A stretch of 64,000 nucleotides of DNA. Source: Thermoanaerobaculia bacterium. Lineage in GTDB: Bacteria; Acidobacteriota; Thermoanaerobaculia; Multivoradales; Multivoraceae. The number at the start of each line of letters is the position of its first letter. Position 1 is the first letter of the stretch. Of this stretch, positions 9,442-19,768 are shown piece by piece. The stretch covers positions 3,168,001 through 3,232,000 of the forward strand of contig OY761158.1 in assembly GCA_963664405.1 (NCBI GenBank), given 5' to 3'. A program made the translations under genes and the position numbers. Under the pieces are notes generated by a model that was not told where the DNA came from, did no database searches, and was given only the letters and a program-made list of their open reading frames with translations.

Positions 9442-10831
9442 GGCAGCAGCTGCGATGAAAGGCCAACTCATTTCGGGCAGCCCGGATCGCGTTTTCAGCG
9501 GGGCGGCGCTCGACTCTCGGGTGGTTTCCGGAGGCGAGCTCTTCTTTGCTCTCGAGGGAGAGCAGAGTGACGGGCATCGCTTCGTCGCAGACGCGGCCTC
9601 TCGGGGTGCGGTGGGCGCCGTCGTTGAGCGCTTATCGGAGGCTGCGCTTCCCGACGACTTTGGCCTGATTCGAGTTCCCTCGACCTTGGAGGCGCTGTAC
9701 GCTCTCACCCGCCATGTGCGTCAAGCGGTTCCGCGCCAGCTCGTCGGCGTCACCGGATCCGCCGGCAAGACTACGACCAAGACTCTCCTCGCGGCGATGC
9801 TGGCCGAAGAGTTCTCCACCGCTTCGAGCCAGGGCAATTTGAACAATCTCTTCGGCTTCCCGCTGTCTCTCCTCTCCATCCCCGACGACTCGCAGTGGAT
9901 GGTGGCTGAGATGGGCATGTCAGAGCCCGGGGAGCTGGCGGGCGTGAGTCGCCTCGGGCGGCCGGACGTGGTGGTTCTCACCAATGTTGCTCCCGCCCAC
10001 CTCGCCGCTTTTGGAGAGGTTCGGGCGATTGCCGAGGCGAAGGCGGAGATTTTCGAGGGACTAGCTGAGCAGGGGACGGTGGTGGCGAACGCCGATGACC
10101 CGGAGATCGTGCGCATCACACTCCGTCATCGCTCCCGCAGTGGCTGTCGGGTGGCGTGGTGGAGCGCCAAGGGTCAGGCACCGGGTGAAGAACAGCCACA
10201 ACTCCTCGTGCGGAGCCTCGAATGCCCGGTGGCTGGGGAGCCCGGCAGCCGATTCGAGCTCTGGGCCGGAGCCGAGAGCGCCGAGCTGCGGCTTGATCTT
10301 CTCGGCCTTCACAATGTCGAGAACTGCCTTGCGGCGGCGACTGCAGCTCACCTGTGCGGAGTGAGTCTGGAGGCGATCGCAAGAGCGGTGGAGCAGGTGC
10401 AAGCAGCTCCGATGCGAGGCGTGATGGTCGATCTGGGTGTGGGTGCCAGAGTCTACGATGACTCCTACAATTCCAACCCCGAGGCGGTGGCCAGGGCTCT
10501 CACGGCGGCGGCCGACATTCCGGCCGGACGCCACTGGGCGATTCTTGGCGAGATGCTCGAGCTCGGCGAGGGTGCGGAGACCTTCCACCTCGAAGTGGGA
10601 CGTCGGGCTGCGAGCCTCGGTTTCGATCCGGTGGTGGGCGTCGGCGAGCTCGCCCGTGCGCTGGTCGTCGGCGCCGGCGAGAAGGGCGTACGGACCCACT
10701 GGTTCGCGACTGCCGCGGAGGCGGCGGACGCCGCCGAGGACGAGGTTCGCGCCGAAGACCTGCTACTGGTCAAGGGGTCCCGCGGTGTTGGGCTCGAGGT
10801 TGTCGTCGAGCGGCTCAGGAAAGACGGCTAG
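9419..10831 (+). CDS. murF: UDP-MurNAc-pentapeptide ligase
   Basis: GVTGSAGKTTTK, NLNN..G.P, EMGMS, DDSYNSNP, LGEMLELG, KGSRG. Confidence 0.95.
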   Translation: MARRRLSEAAAAMKGQLISGSPDRVFSGAALDSRVVSGGELFFALEGEQSDGHRFVADAASRGAVGAVVERLSEAALPDDFGLIRVPSTLEALYALTRHVRQAVPRQLVGVTGSAGKTTTKTLLAAMLAEEFSTASSQGNLNNLFGFPLSLLSIPDDSQWMVAEMGMSEPGELAGVSRLGRPDVVVLTNVAPAHLAAFGEVRAIAEAKAEIFEGLAEQGTVVANADDPEIVRITLRHRSRSGCRVAWWSAKGQAPGEEQPQLLVRSLECPVAGEPGSRFELWAGAESAELRLDLLGLHNVENCLAAATAAHLCGVSLEAIARAVEQVQAAPMRGVMVDLGVGARVYDDSYNSNPEAVARALTAAADIPAGRHWAILGEMLELGEGAETFHLEVGRRAASLGFDPVVGVGELARALVVGAGEKGVRTHWFATAAEAADAAEDEVRAEDLLLVKGSRGVGLEVVVERLRKDG

Positions 10832-10836
10832 GCAAG

Positions 10837-11910
10837 ATGCTGTATCACCTTCTCTTTCCGCTTCACGAGAGCTACGCGGCTTTCAACGTTTTCCGCTACA
10901 TCACTTTTCGCGCGGCGGGCGCAGCGCTCACAGCCTTGGTTCTCTCGCTGCTGCTCGGGCCGTGGGCCATCCGCACCTTGCGCCGGTTATCAGTAGGGCA
11001 GGAGATACGCGAGGAAGGCCCGAGGGCTCATCAGAGCAAGGCGGGAACGCCGACCATGGGTGGACTGCTCATCCTCTTCTCGCTAACCGTGCCAACTCTA
11101 CTCTGGGCCCAACTGAACAACAGCTACGTGTGGTTGGCAATGACCTCGACCCTGGCGTTTGGCGCCATCGGCTTCACCGACGATTTCCTCAAGGTCAAGC
11201 GGCGCAACAACAAAGGCCTCAGCGCGCGGGTGAAGCTCGCTCTCCAACTTCTCGTCGCCGTAGGCTTGGCCGCAGCCCTATTGGCGATCTCCTTCGACCA
11301 GACATTGGCTTTTCCCTTCCTCAAGAGGCTGGTCGTCGATCTCGGAGTCTTTTACATCGGTGTCGTGGTTTTGGTGTTGGTTTCCAGCACGAACGCGGTG
11401 AACCTGACCGACGGTCTCGACGGCCTGGCCATCGGTGCCACTCTCATCGTCGCCGCCACCTATGCGATCTTCACCTACATCGCCGGACATCGGGTCGTTG
11501 CTGAGTATCTGCAGGTGGTCCATGTGGCCGACGTTGGCGAGGTGGCTGTCTTCTGCAGTGCGCTCGTCGGCGCCAGCCTCGGCTTCCTGTGGTTCAACTG
11601 CCACCCGGCTGAGATGTTCATGGGCGATGTCGGCTCTCTGGCTATCGGTGGCGCGATCGGCACCGTCGCCATTCTTTCCAAGCAGGAGATCCTTCTGCTC
11701 GTTGCCGGGGGCCTGTTCGTACTCGAGGCTCTGTCGGTGATTCTCCAGGTGGGCTCTTTCAAGTCGCGTGGCCAGCGCGTTTTTCGCATGGCTCCGCTCC
11801 ATCATCACTTCGAGCTAAAAGGTTGGGAGGAGCCGAAGGTCATTGTTCGCTTCTGGATTCTGGCCATCCTCTTCGCCCTGCTCAGTCTGTCGACCCTGAA
11901 GCTGCGATGA
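10837..11910 (+). CDS. mraY: Phospho-MurNAc-pentapeptide transferase
   Basis: KAGTPTMGG, DDFLK, NAVNLTDGLDGLA, FMGDVGS, MAPLHHHFE. Confidence 0.97.
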   Translation: MLYHLLFPLHESYAAFNVFRYITFRAAGAALTALVLSLLLGPWAIRTLRRLSVGQEIREEGPRAHQSKAGTPTMGGLLILFSLTVPTLLWAQLNNSYVWLAMTSTLAFGAIGFTDDFLKVKRRNNKGLSARVKLALQLLVAVGLAAALLAISFDQTLAFPFLKRLVVDLGVFYIGVVVLVLVSSTNAVNLTDGLDGLAIGATLIVAATYAIFTYIAGHRVVAEYLQVVHVADVGEVAVFCSALVGASLGFLWFNCHPAEMFMGDVGSLAIGGAIGTVAILSKQEILLLVAGGLFVLEALSVILQVGSFKSRGQRVFRMAPLHHHFELKGWEEPKVIVRFWILAILFALLSLSTLKLR

Positions 11911-13280
11911 GGGTGCCATGGAGCGAGAAGGAGTGGGAGCGGGTGATGGTGTACGGATTGGGTCGCTCGGGGCTGGCCGCTGCCGCCTTCCTTCGCTCGC
12001 GAGGAGTGACTGTGGTCGGAGTTGATCGCCGCGAAGAGCTGGATCTGGGCTCCCTGGCCGGAGACCCGGGCTTGGAGCTGAGGCTGGGAGCGGCGTCGAC
12101 TCTGCCCGACGCGATCGACGCGGTGGTGCTGAGCCCCGGCGTTCCCCGTCAGCGGCCGATGGCCCGAGAGGCAGATGCCCGCGGCATTCCGGTGATCGCC
12201 GAAGTCGAGCTCGCCTTTCCCTTTCTCGACGGGCCGGTACTGGCGATCACGGGAAGTAACGGCAAGAGCACGACAGCGGCTCTGACATCCCAGATTCTTC
12301 GCTGCGCCGGTCTACCGGAAGTTCTCTGTGGCAATTTCGGCGAGCCTCTCTGCTCCAAGATTGACGGAGCGGTGGGGCGGATCTTCATCGTCGAGCTGTC
12401 CAGCTTCCAGCTGGAAAGTGTGCATCTATTCTCTGCTCAGGCCGCGGCTCTGCTGAACATCTCACCCGATCACCTCGATCGCTATCCAGACGTCGCCGCC
12501 TACGCCGCAGCCAAAGCGAGGGTCTTCGAGCGCCAGGGCACCGGTTCTACGGCTGTTCTCAACGCTGAGGATCAGCGGGTCATGGACACCCTGGGCGGAA
12601 TTGAGCATGCCCGTAAGCGCTTCTTCTCGCGCCGCCGCCGGGTGACGGACGGCTGTTATGCGGCGGATGGAGTGGTCGTCGAAGCTGCCCCTGGGAGCGA
12701 TGACGATGAGCTCTTTGCGATCGACGAGATTATTCTCGAGGGGACCCACAATCTCGAGAACGCGATGGCTGCCGCGCTTCTCGCCCGGGCCGTGGGTGCA
12801 CAGCGCCAGAGCGTACGTCGAGGAGTCGGCTCTTTTGCGGGTCTACCCCATCGGATGCAGAAGGTTTCGCAAAGTGGCGGGTTCAGCTGGTACGACGACT
12901 CGAAGGGAACCAATGTCGGTGCTACCCGCGAGTCGCTGGAGGGATTCCCCGGCCATAGCGTTCACCTCATTCTTGGCGGGCAGAGCAAAGGAGCGGACTT
13001 CCTCGAGCTGCGTGGAATCGTGGCGAGTAAGGCCCGAGCTGTGTACCTGATCGGAGAGGCGGCCGACGACATCGCCACCGCTCTCGAAGGTGCCGCACCC
13101 ATCGTTCGTGCCGGCACCTTGGACGAGGCGGTGCGCCAGGCCGCCGCCCGGGCCGAGGGGTCCGAGTCGGTCGTTCTGTCCCCGGCCTGCGCGAGCTTCG
13201 ATCAGTTTGACAGCTTCGAGCACAGAGGACGGCGCTTCCAACAGTTGGTTGCCGAGCTCGACGGAGCCTCAGATGCCTAA
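11907..13280 (+). CDS. murD: UDP-MurNAc-L-Ala--D-Glu ligase
   Basis: GLGRSG, SPGV, ITGSNGKSTT, ELSSFQLE, DHLDRY, DDSKGTN, SPACASFDQF; ATGA overlap with mraY. Confidence 0.96.
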   Translation: MRVPWSEKEWERVMVYGLGRSGLAAAAFLRSRGVTVVGVDRREELDLGSLAGDPGLELRLGAASTLPDAIDAVVLSPGVPRQRPMAREADARGIPVIAEVELAFPFLDGPVLAITGSNGKSTTAALTSQILRCAGLPEVLCGNFGEPLCSKIDGAVGRIFIVELSSFQLESVHLFSAQAAALLNISPDHLDRYPDVAAYAAAKARVFERQGTGSTAVLNAEDQRVMDTLGGIEHARKRFFSRRRRVTDGCYAADGVVVEAAPGSDDDELFAIDEIILEGTHNLENAMAAALLARAVGAQRQSVRRGVGSFAGLPHRMQKVSQSGGFSWYDDSKGTNVGATRESLEGFPGHSVHLILGGQSKGADFLELRGIVASKARAVYLIGEAADDIATALEGAAPIVRAGTLDEAVRQAAARAEGSESVVLSPACASFDQFDSFEHRGRRFQQLVAELDGASDA

Positions 13281-14352
13281 GAAGAGGGCTTTTGACAGGC
13301 CGCTCTTTGCGGTTGTCGTCATCCTTCTGGGACTCGGCGTGGTGATGGTCTATTCGGCCAGTGCCCCGGACGAGGTGAGTGGTGGTGGTCTGGCCCCCTT
13401 CGCCAAGCAGGGATTGGCGTCTGCACTCGGTCTTCTGGCGATGGCGGTAGCGATGCACGTCGACTATCTCCAGCTCAAGCGCCCCGCTGTTCTCTACGGC
13501 ATCGTGCTCGGGGTCCTCGCCCTTCTCGTTGCCGTCCTTTTCGCCTCGCCTTTGAACAACACCAAACGGTGGTTCTTCATAGGCGGCATCTCGGTACAGC
13601 CCTCGGAGCTGGCGAAGATCGCCGTGGTCTTGTTTGTCGCCTATCACCTCGACAGGAAGGCGGAGAGCGTGAATCAGCCGGCGGTGCTGGTTCCCTGTGT
13701 CTCCTTCGGCCTCTTCTGCGTGGTGCTGATCTTGCTTCAACCCGACTTCGGCACTGCTGGGCTGATCCTGGGAATCGCGGGGCTGATGCTCTTTTATGGC
13801 GGCCTGGCCTGGCGCTATGCCCTCTTCGCCTCGCTGATCTCACTTCCCGCACTTTGGTTTCTGATCGTTCGCGTTCCCTACCGGCTAAAGCGCGTTCTCG
13901 CCCACTTGAACCCTGAAAGCGATCCCCTGGGAGCGGGCTTTCAGCCGCTCCAGTCGATGATCGCCGTCGGCTCGGGAGGAGTGCCGGGGCTCGGCCTGGG
14001 GCAGAGTGTGCAGAAGCTCTACTTTCTTCCTTTCGCTGAGTCGGACTTCATCTACTCGATTCTCGCGGAAGAGCTCGGGCTGTTCGGCTCGGTTGGTGTG
14101 CTTCTTCTCTTTTTGACGCTGTTCTGGCGTGGAATCCGTGCCGGCAACCGCGCGCCTGATGAGTTTGGCCGTTTTCTGGCCTGGGGCCTGTCGTCGTTGA
14201 TCCTGGTCCAGGCGCTCATCAATATCAGCGTTTCGGTGGCTCTATTGCCGACCACCGGCATGCCGCTGCCGTTGATCTCCTACGGCGGCTCGTCTCTCGT
14301 AACTACGCTCCTCGCCTGTGGCTTGGTGCTCAATGTTTCCCAGCACGGATGA
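13273..14352 (+). CDS. ftsW: SEDS peptidoglycan polymerase FtsW
   Basis: MVYSAS, RW...QPSELAK, QPDFGT, SDFIYSILAEELG, PLISYGGSS. Confidence 0.95.
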   Translation: MPKKRAFDRPLFAVVVILLGLGVVMVYSASAPDEVSGGGLAPFAKQGLASALGLLAMAVAMHVDYLQLKRPAVLYGIVLGVLALLVAVLFASPLNNTKRWFFIGGISVQPSELAKIAVVLFVAYHLDRKAESVNQPAVLVPCVSFGLFCVVLILLQPDFGTAGLILGIAGLMLFYGGLAWRYALFASLISLPALWFLIVRVPYRLKRVLAHLNPESDPLGAGFQPLQSMIAVGSGGVPGLGLGQSVQKLYFLPFAESDFIYSILAEELGLFGSVGVLLLFLTLFWRGIRAGNRAPDEFGRFLAWGLSSLILVQALINISVSVALLPTTGMPLPLISYGGSSLVTTLLACGLVLNVSQHG

Positions 14353-14356
14353 TGAT

Positions 14357-15430
14357 GTGGGCAAGAGGGCACTCTTGGCGGGCGGCGGCAGCGGGGGTCA
14401 TGTATTCCCAGCTCTGGCAGTCGCCGACGAGCTCGTGGAGCGAGGATGGCAAGTGAGCTTCGCCGGCACGGCAGAGGGTATGGAGGCGAGACTCGCGGCC
14501 TCGCGGGGCTTCGACTTTCACCCTCTCGCCGCATTGGCGGTACGTGGCCGCGGCCTGGGCCAGCGCTGGCGCGCCGCGAGAGTTGTGATGCGCTCGACCC
14601 TTCAGGCCCGCAACTTGGTACGGCGATTGGGGGCGGTTGCAGTGGTCGCTACCGGTGGCTATGCCTGTGTACCGGCGGCCCTGGGTGGCTTCCTGGCCCG
14701 GCGTCCGCTGTTGTTGGTAGAGCCGAACGCGATGCCGGGTCTGGCGAATCGATTTCTGTCGTTCTTCGCCAAACAGGCGGCAGTGGCTTGGGACGAGACC
14801 GGAAACCATCTGCACTGTCCTACCGAGCGCACCGGGGTGCCTGTGCGCCGCGAATTCTTTGCTATCGAGGCGCCGACGACTTTGAGCGGAGAGATTCGTC
14901 TCTTGGTGCTGGGAGGCAGCCAGGGCGCACAGGCGCTCAACCGAGTCATCCCCGGAGTGCTCGAGACGCTGTCGCAGACTCTGGACCTTCGCATGCGCGT
15001 CGTTCACCAAGCCGGGCGAGGGAAAGTCGAGGAAACGAGGGCGGGCTACCAAGCCGGCCGAGTCGACGCCGAGGTCGTGGCCTTTCTCGAAGACGTTCCG
15101 ACCGCAATGTCGGAATCGGATCTCGTTCTCTCTCGCGCCGGTGCGATCACACTGGCGGAGATCTGTGCTGCCGGACGACCCGCGCTGCTCTTTCCGCTCG
15201 CACTCGCGGGCGCCCATCAGCTCCAGAACGCCCGTGCCCTCGAGCGGGTCGGTGCGGCCGAAGTAGTGGAGCCGGAGGGCCTGGAGCCGGAGCGTCTAGT
15301 TCAGGTGCTCACTGGACTCCTCGAGGACTCGCGCCTTCTGGAGATGGCTCACGCCTCCCGCGCATTGGCAGCGCCGGATGCCGCGAGCCGAATCGCCGAC
15401 CAGTTGGAAGGAATGGTGGGGGGGCGATGA
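14357..15430 (+). CDS. murG: Lipid II GlcNAc transferase
   Basis: GGGSGGHVFP, TGGY, EPNAMPGLANR, GGSQGA, SRAGA. Confidence 0.95.
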   Translation: MGKRALLAGGGSGGHVFPALAVADELVERGWQVSFAGTAEGMEARLAASRGFDFHPLAALAVRGRGLGQRWRAARVVMRSTLQARNLVRRLGAVAVVATGGYACVPAALGGFLARRPLLLVEPNAMPGLANRFLSFFAKQAAVAWDETGNHLHCPTERTGVPVRREFFAIEAPTTLSGEIRLLVLGGSQGAQALNRVIPGVLETLSQTLDLRMRVVHQAGRGKVEETRAGYQAGRVDAEVVAFLEDVPTAMSESDLVLSRAGAITLAEICAAGRPALLFPLALAGAHQLQNARALERVGAAEVVEPEGLEPERLVQVLTGLLEDSRLLEMAHASRALAAPDAASRIADQLEGMVGGR

Positions 15431-16815
15431 TGTTTCGGCACTTTGCCGGTCTGTCCCATGTCCACTTCGTGGGGGTAGGTGGAGCGGGCATGTGCGGCAT
15501 CGCCGAGGTGCTCCTGGACTATGACCTCGAGGTGAGCGGCTCGGACCTCGCCTCGAATGACACCACGTCGCGCTTGGCCGACCTAGGAGTAACGGTTTTC
15601 GAGGGCCACGACGCAGCCCATGTCGATACCGCGGACCTGGTCGTGATCTCCTCGGCGGTTCCGGCGGAGAACCCCGAAGTCAGAGCCGCGGTGGAACGGG
15701 GGATCCCGGTCGTACGCCGCGCCGAGATGCTGGCCGAGCTGATGCGCTTGAAGTACGGCATCGCGGTGGCCGGCTCCCACGGCAAGACCACGACCACATC
15801 GTTGGTTGGTCTTCTGCTCACTGAGGGAGGGCTCGACCCGACGGTGATCGTCGGCGGGCGATTGCGGGTCACTGGCACCGGTGCCCGGCTTGGTAAGAGT
15901 GATTACCTGGTAGCCGAGGCAGATGAGTTCGACCGTAGCTTCCTTAGTCTGGCGCCCATCATCGCGGTGCTGACCTCGATTGACAGGGAGCATTTGGACA
16001 CCTACCGCGATATGGAAGATATTCGGAGCGCGTTCGTCACCTTCGCGCAGAAGGTGCCCTTCTTCGGTCAGGTCATCGTGTGTCTCGACGACGCAGAGAT
16101 TCAGGAGATCCTGCCCCGATTGAAGGATCGCCGCGTAGTCACTTACGGCCTCTCGCCCCAGGCGGAGCTGGCGGCGGTCGATCTCGAGCTCGATGCCGAC
16201 GGTAGCTCATTCACCGTCAGGTCCCTCAAAGAGGGAGTGCTGGGTCGCATTCGACTGCCGATGCCGGGCTTGCACAACGTCAGGAACGCCCTCGCTGCGA
16301 TCGCTGTCGGCCTCGGTCTCGGTCTCGACTTCGACTCCTTCGCCACTTCCCTCGCGGGCTTCGGCGGCGTGCATCGACGCTTCGAGCGGCTCGGAGAGTG
16401 GTTGGGCGCTACCGTTATCGACGACTACGCGCACCACCCCACCGAAGTAGCGGCCACTCTCGAGGCAGCTCGGCAAGTCTTCCCCGAATCTCGCATACAC
16501 GTGGTTTTCCAGCCCCATCTCTTCAGCCGCACGCGTGACTTCGCGGACGACTTCGGCAGGGCCCTGATGGCGGCCGACGCGGCGGTGGTTACCGAGATCT
16601 ATGCATCTCGTGAGTCGCCGCTCACGGGTGTAGACGGTGAGCTCGTGGTGGCTGCCGCGCGCAGTTGTGGGCACAGGAACGTTCGCTTCTGTGGCGAGTG
16701 GCGTAATGCGGTTGAGATTCTCCGCTCGAGTGTCAAGCCCGGTGACGCGGTACTCACGCTCGGAGCCGGTGACGTCTATTTGCTTGCGCGCGAACTGGTG
16801 GAGGAGTCGTCGTGA
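15427..16815 (+). CDS. murC: UDP-MurNAc--L-Ala ligase
   Basis: HFVGVGGAGM, GSHGKTTTTS, EADE, DDYAHHPTE, FQPH; ATGA overlap with murG. Confidence 0.96.
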   Translation: MMFRHFAGLSHVHFVGVGGAGMCGIAEVLLDYDLEVSGSDLASNDTTSRLADLGVTVFEGHDAAHVDTADLVVISSAVPAENPEVRAAVERGIPVVRRAEMLAELMRLKYGIAVAGSHGKTTTTSLVGLLLTEGGLDPTVIVGGRLRVTGTGARLGKSDYLVAEADEFDRSFLSLAPIIAVLTSIDREHLDTYRDMEDIRSAFVTFAQKVPFFGQVIVCLDDAEIQEILPRLKDRRVVTYGLSPQAELAAVDLELDADGSSFTVRSLKEGVLGRIRLPMPGLHNVRNALAAIAVGLGLGLDFDSFATSLAGFGGVHRRFERLGEWLGATVIDDYAHHPTEVAATLEAARQVFPESRIHVVFQPHLFSRTRDFADDFGRALMAADAAVVTEIYASRESPLTGVDGELVVAAARSCGHRNVRFCGEWRNAVEILRSSVKPGDAVLTLGAGDVYLLARELVEESS

Positions 16816-17648
16816 GGATCGCTTCGGGCGAGTTCCTTCGTTTCAGCCATCCGCGTCGACGGCGGCGCTTGCATCCGGTAGCTCGCGACTTCGGGCGGGC
16901 TCTTCGCGTTGTGGCGGTGCTGGTCCCGCTGATGATCTTTGTCTACTGGTTGATTGCCGCCGAGACCTTTGCCCTCGCGGAGATCGAGATCAAGGAGAAC
17001 CCGCGAGTTCCCGCTTCGTGGATGCGGCGGGCGATCGAAGCCGAGCTTGGCGGCAATCTGGTGATCCTGCCGCTCAGCCGCGTGCGTGAGCGCCTTTCCG
17101 GCCACCCCTGGCTGGCGAATGTCGAGGTTCACAAGGAGCTTCCGGATCGCCTTTTCGTCGAGGTCGATGAGCGGCTGGCAGTGGCCGTTCTCGAAGCTGA
17201 AGACGGTGCCTACTTCATCGATGGCTCGGGTCGGCGTATCGCGTCGGTTCGACCCGGAGAGAGTGCGGTGGGGCTGTTGCGACTTGCGAGCGGCGGAAGC
17301 GGATCAGAAGTTCCTGCGCCGCTGGCGCTTCAGGAGAGGTTGTGTCTCGAGAAGGCGATTCAGCTGAGTCGCGCACTCGCCGACGCGGATCTCGAGAATT
17401 GGAGATCGAAGCTTCTCCGTATCGAAGTGGTGGGAGACGACGACTTTCGGCTCTTTGCCGAGAATCTTCCCTTTCCGGTGCTGGTGCGCTCGGCCAGTGT
17501 GGTGGCGGGGGCACGAGTGCTTGACGCTCTCCTGCCCGAGATTCTTGCTCGAACGAGCTCGGTGTACGAGGTGGATCTTCGCTTTCAGGGGCGAGTAGTG
17601 GTCAGACCTGAGATGAATGGCGATCGGCGACAACAGAAGGAGACGTGA
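16812..17648 (+). CDS. ftsQ: Cell division protein FtsQ/DivIB
   Basis: N-terminal TM, POTRA-like region (HPWLANVEVHKELPDRL), C-terminal VDLRF; directly before ftsA. Confidence 0.88.
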   Translation: MRIASGEFLRFSHPRRRRRLHPVARDFGRALRVVAVLVPLMIFVYWLIAAETFALAEIEIKENPRVPASWMRRAIEAELGGNLVILPLSRVRERLSGHPWLANVEVHKELPDRLFVEVDERLAVAVLEAEDGAYFIDGSGRRIASVRPGESAVGLLRLASGGSGSEVPAPLALQERLCLEKAIQLSRALADADLENWRSKLLRIEVVGDDDFRLFAENLPFPVLVRSASVVAGARVLDALLPEILARTSSVYEVDLRFQGRVVVRPEMNGDRRQQKET

Positions 17649-17653
17649 GGGAT

Positions 17654-18888
17654 ATGCCCAAGCCTGAAAAATTTATTGTCGGAATCGATATCGGTTCTTC
17701 GAAAGTAGCCGTCTTGATCGCTATGCCGGGGGAGAACGGCGAGTTGGAGGTCGTAGGCAAGGGGCTCTCTCCCAATCGGGGGACCCGTCGCGGCAATATC
17801 GTCAACGTCGAGACGACGGTCGAGGCCTTGAAGCAGGCCTGCGAGGAGGCGGAGGTGATGGCCGGAGTCGAGATCTCCGAGGCCTTCGTCGGCGCGGCAG
17901 GGCCCGACGTACGCAGCGTGAACTCGAGAGGAATGGTCTCGGTTGCCCGCAAGGACCGCGAAATTACGCGTCAGGACATCGAGAGGGTGTTGGAGGCGGC
18001 CCAATCCGCGGCGTTGCCCTCGGATCGCGACATTCTCCACGCCATTCCCCAGGAGTTCGTGGTCGACGACCAGGGCGGGATAACGGATCCGCTGGGGATG
18101 CTCGGGAGTCGGCTCGAGGTCATGGTCCACTTGGTGACAGGTCACTCGACTCAATCGAAGACCCTGCTGACCTGCGTGAACCGAGCCGGGATCGAGGTGG
18201 TGGAGATCGTTTTCGAGCCGCTGGTGACCGCCCTTGCGGTGATGAGTCCCGACGAGCGCGAGCTTGGGGCCCTGCTGGTGGACATCGGGTCAGGCACCAC
18301 GGGCTATGCCTACTACTGCAACTCCGAGGTTCTCCACAGTGCAGTTCTTCCCATCGCGGCCGGCCACTTCACCAATGACTTGGCGATGGTCCTACGCACA
18401 CCCTTCGCCGAGGCAGAGGCCATCAAGGCGAAGAACGGCTGTTGTCTGGCGAGCCTTGTCGACTACGACGAAGGGATCTCGGTGCCGAGTGTCGGTGGCG
18501 GGGGCGCCAGGGTGGTGGCCCGACGCGAGTTGACCGAGATTCTGCAGCCGAGGGCGGAGGAGATTTTTCATCTGATTCGCGAAGACATCGCGAAGAGTTT
18601 GGGCGAGCCGAGCCTACGGGGTGGGATTGTGCTCACCGGCGGAGGGGCTCAGCTGGATGGGCTGATAGAGGTGGCGGAGCAGGTTTTCGATGCTACCGCC
18701 CGAGCGGGACTGCCCGGCGGTCTTGGAGGGCTGGTGGATGTCATTCATAGCCCGATCTGGTCGGCGGCTGCAGGTCTCCTTATTCACGGACAGGGAGTGT
18801 TGGCGAGTCGGCCGCAGCAGGGGAATCGAGGTTTCGGCGTACGGGCCATGGTGGGCAGTTTGCGAGGAATGTTCTCGGACCTGCATAC
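17654..18888 (+). CDS. ftsA: Cell division protein FtsA (no stop codon; reads through into agmatinase)
   Basis: GIDIGSSKV, PLGMLGSRLE, VDIGSGTT, VLTGGGAQL, C-terminal amphipathic helix (VRAMVGSLRGMFSDL). Confidence 0.95.
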
Positions 18889-18889
18889 G

Positions 18890-19768
18890 TTGACCGTCAA
18901 TGACGCCAAGGGGTCTCAGCCGTTCTTCTCTCTCGATCCAGAGCACAGCGACCTCGAGACCGCCGCCGCGGTACTTCTACCGATCCCCTACGAGCGCACG
19001 GCGAGCTGGCGGAAAGGTACTGCAGCAGGACCCGAGGCCATCCGCGAGGCCTCGGCGCACGTCGAGCTATGGGATCTCGACACCAACAGCGAGCCCTATC
19101 GCCATGGCATCGCTCAGGAGCAGGCGCTTAACTTTCAGGGTCCGGCCGACGAGCTCGCCAAGAGCGTCGAAGAACGAGTCGGGGGGGTCCTCGACCGCCG
19201 CCAGATCCCGATCGTGCTCGGCGGCGATCACTCGGTCTCCATCGGAGCGATCGCGGCAACTGCTAGGCGCTTCCCCAAGCTATCGGTGCTACAGATCGAC
19301 GCCCACGCCGACACTCGAGAGACTTATCAAGGATCGACCCACAGCCACGCCTGCGTCATGGCTCGGGCGCGGGAGCTCTGTCCCATCGTGCAAGTGGGTT
19401 TGCGCAGCGCCGACAAGGAGGAGCTGCCCGCGCTCGAAGCTGGCCGCGTGTTCTGGGCGAATGACATCGCTCGCGATCGCCGGGCGACCTGGATTCACAA
19501 GGCGGTCGAGCAGCTCAGCGAGGAGGTCTACGTCACCATCGACATCGACGCCTTCGACCCTGCCATAGTGCCAGCCACTGGAACCCCCGAGCCCGGCGGC
19601 CTCGACTGGTATCAGGTGAACGACCTCCTGGCCGCGACGGCTCGCCAAAGTCGCGTCGTGGCCTTCGACGTCGTCGAGCTGATGGGGGGACATGCGCCTT
19701 CGGCGTTCACCGCCGCCAAGCTCATCTACCGTTTCTTGGCGGAGATCCTGAGGGAGAAAGGGAAGTAA
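18890..19768 (+). CDS. speB: Agmatinase (ureohydrolase), in frame with ftsA
   Basis: GTAAGPEAIREAS, GGDHSVS, DAHAD, DIDAFDP, ATGTPEPGGL; candidate own start TTG 18890. Confidence 0.9.
   Translation: MTVNDAKGSQPFFSLDPEHSDLETAAAVLLPIPYERTASWRKGTAAGPEAIREASAHVELWDLDTNSEPYRHGIAQEQALNFQGPADELAKSVEERVGGVLDRRQIPIVLGGDHSVSIGAIAATARRFPKLSVLQIDAHADTRETYQGSTHSHACVMARARELCPIVQVGLRSADKEELPALEAGRVFWANDIARDRRATWIHKAVEQLSEEVYVTIDIDAFDPAIVPATGTPEPGGLDWYQVNDLLAATARQSRVVAFDVVELMGGHAPSAFTAAKLIYRFLAEILREKGK

Noticed and set aside
14446-15426. Long N-terminal extension of MurC (789-aa ORF)
   Set aside because: It overlaps murG in another frame with low-complexity Arg/Gly content; the real start is ATG 15427
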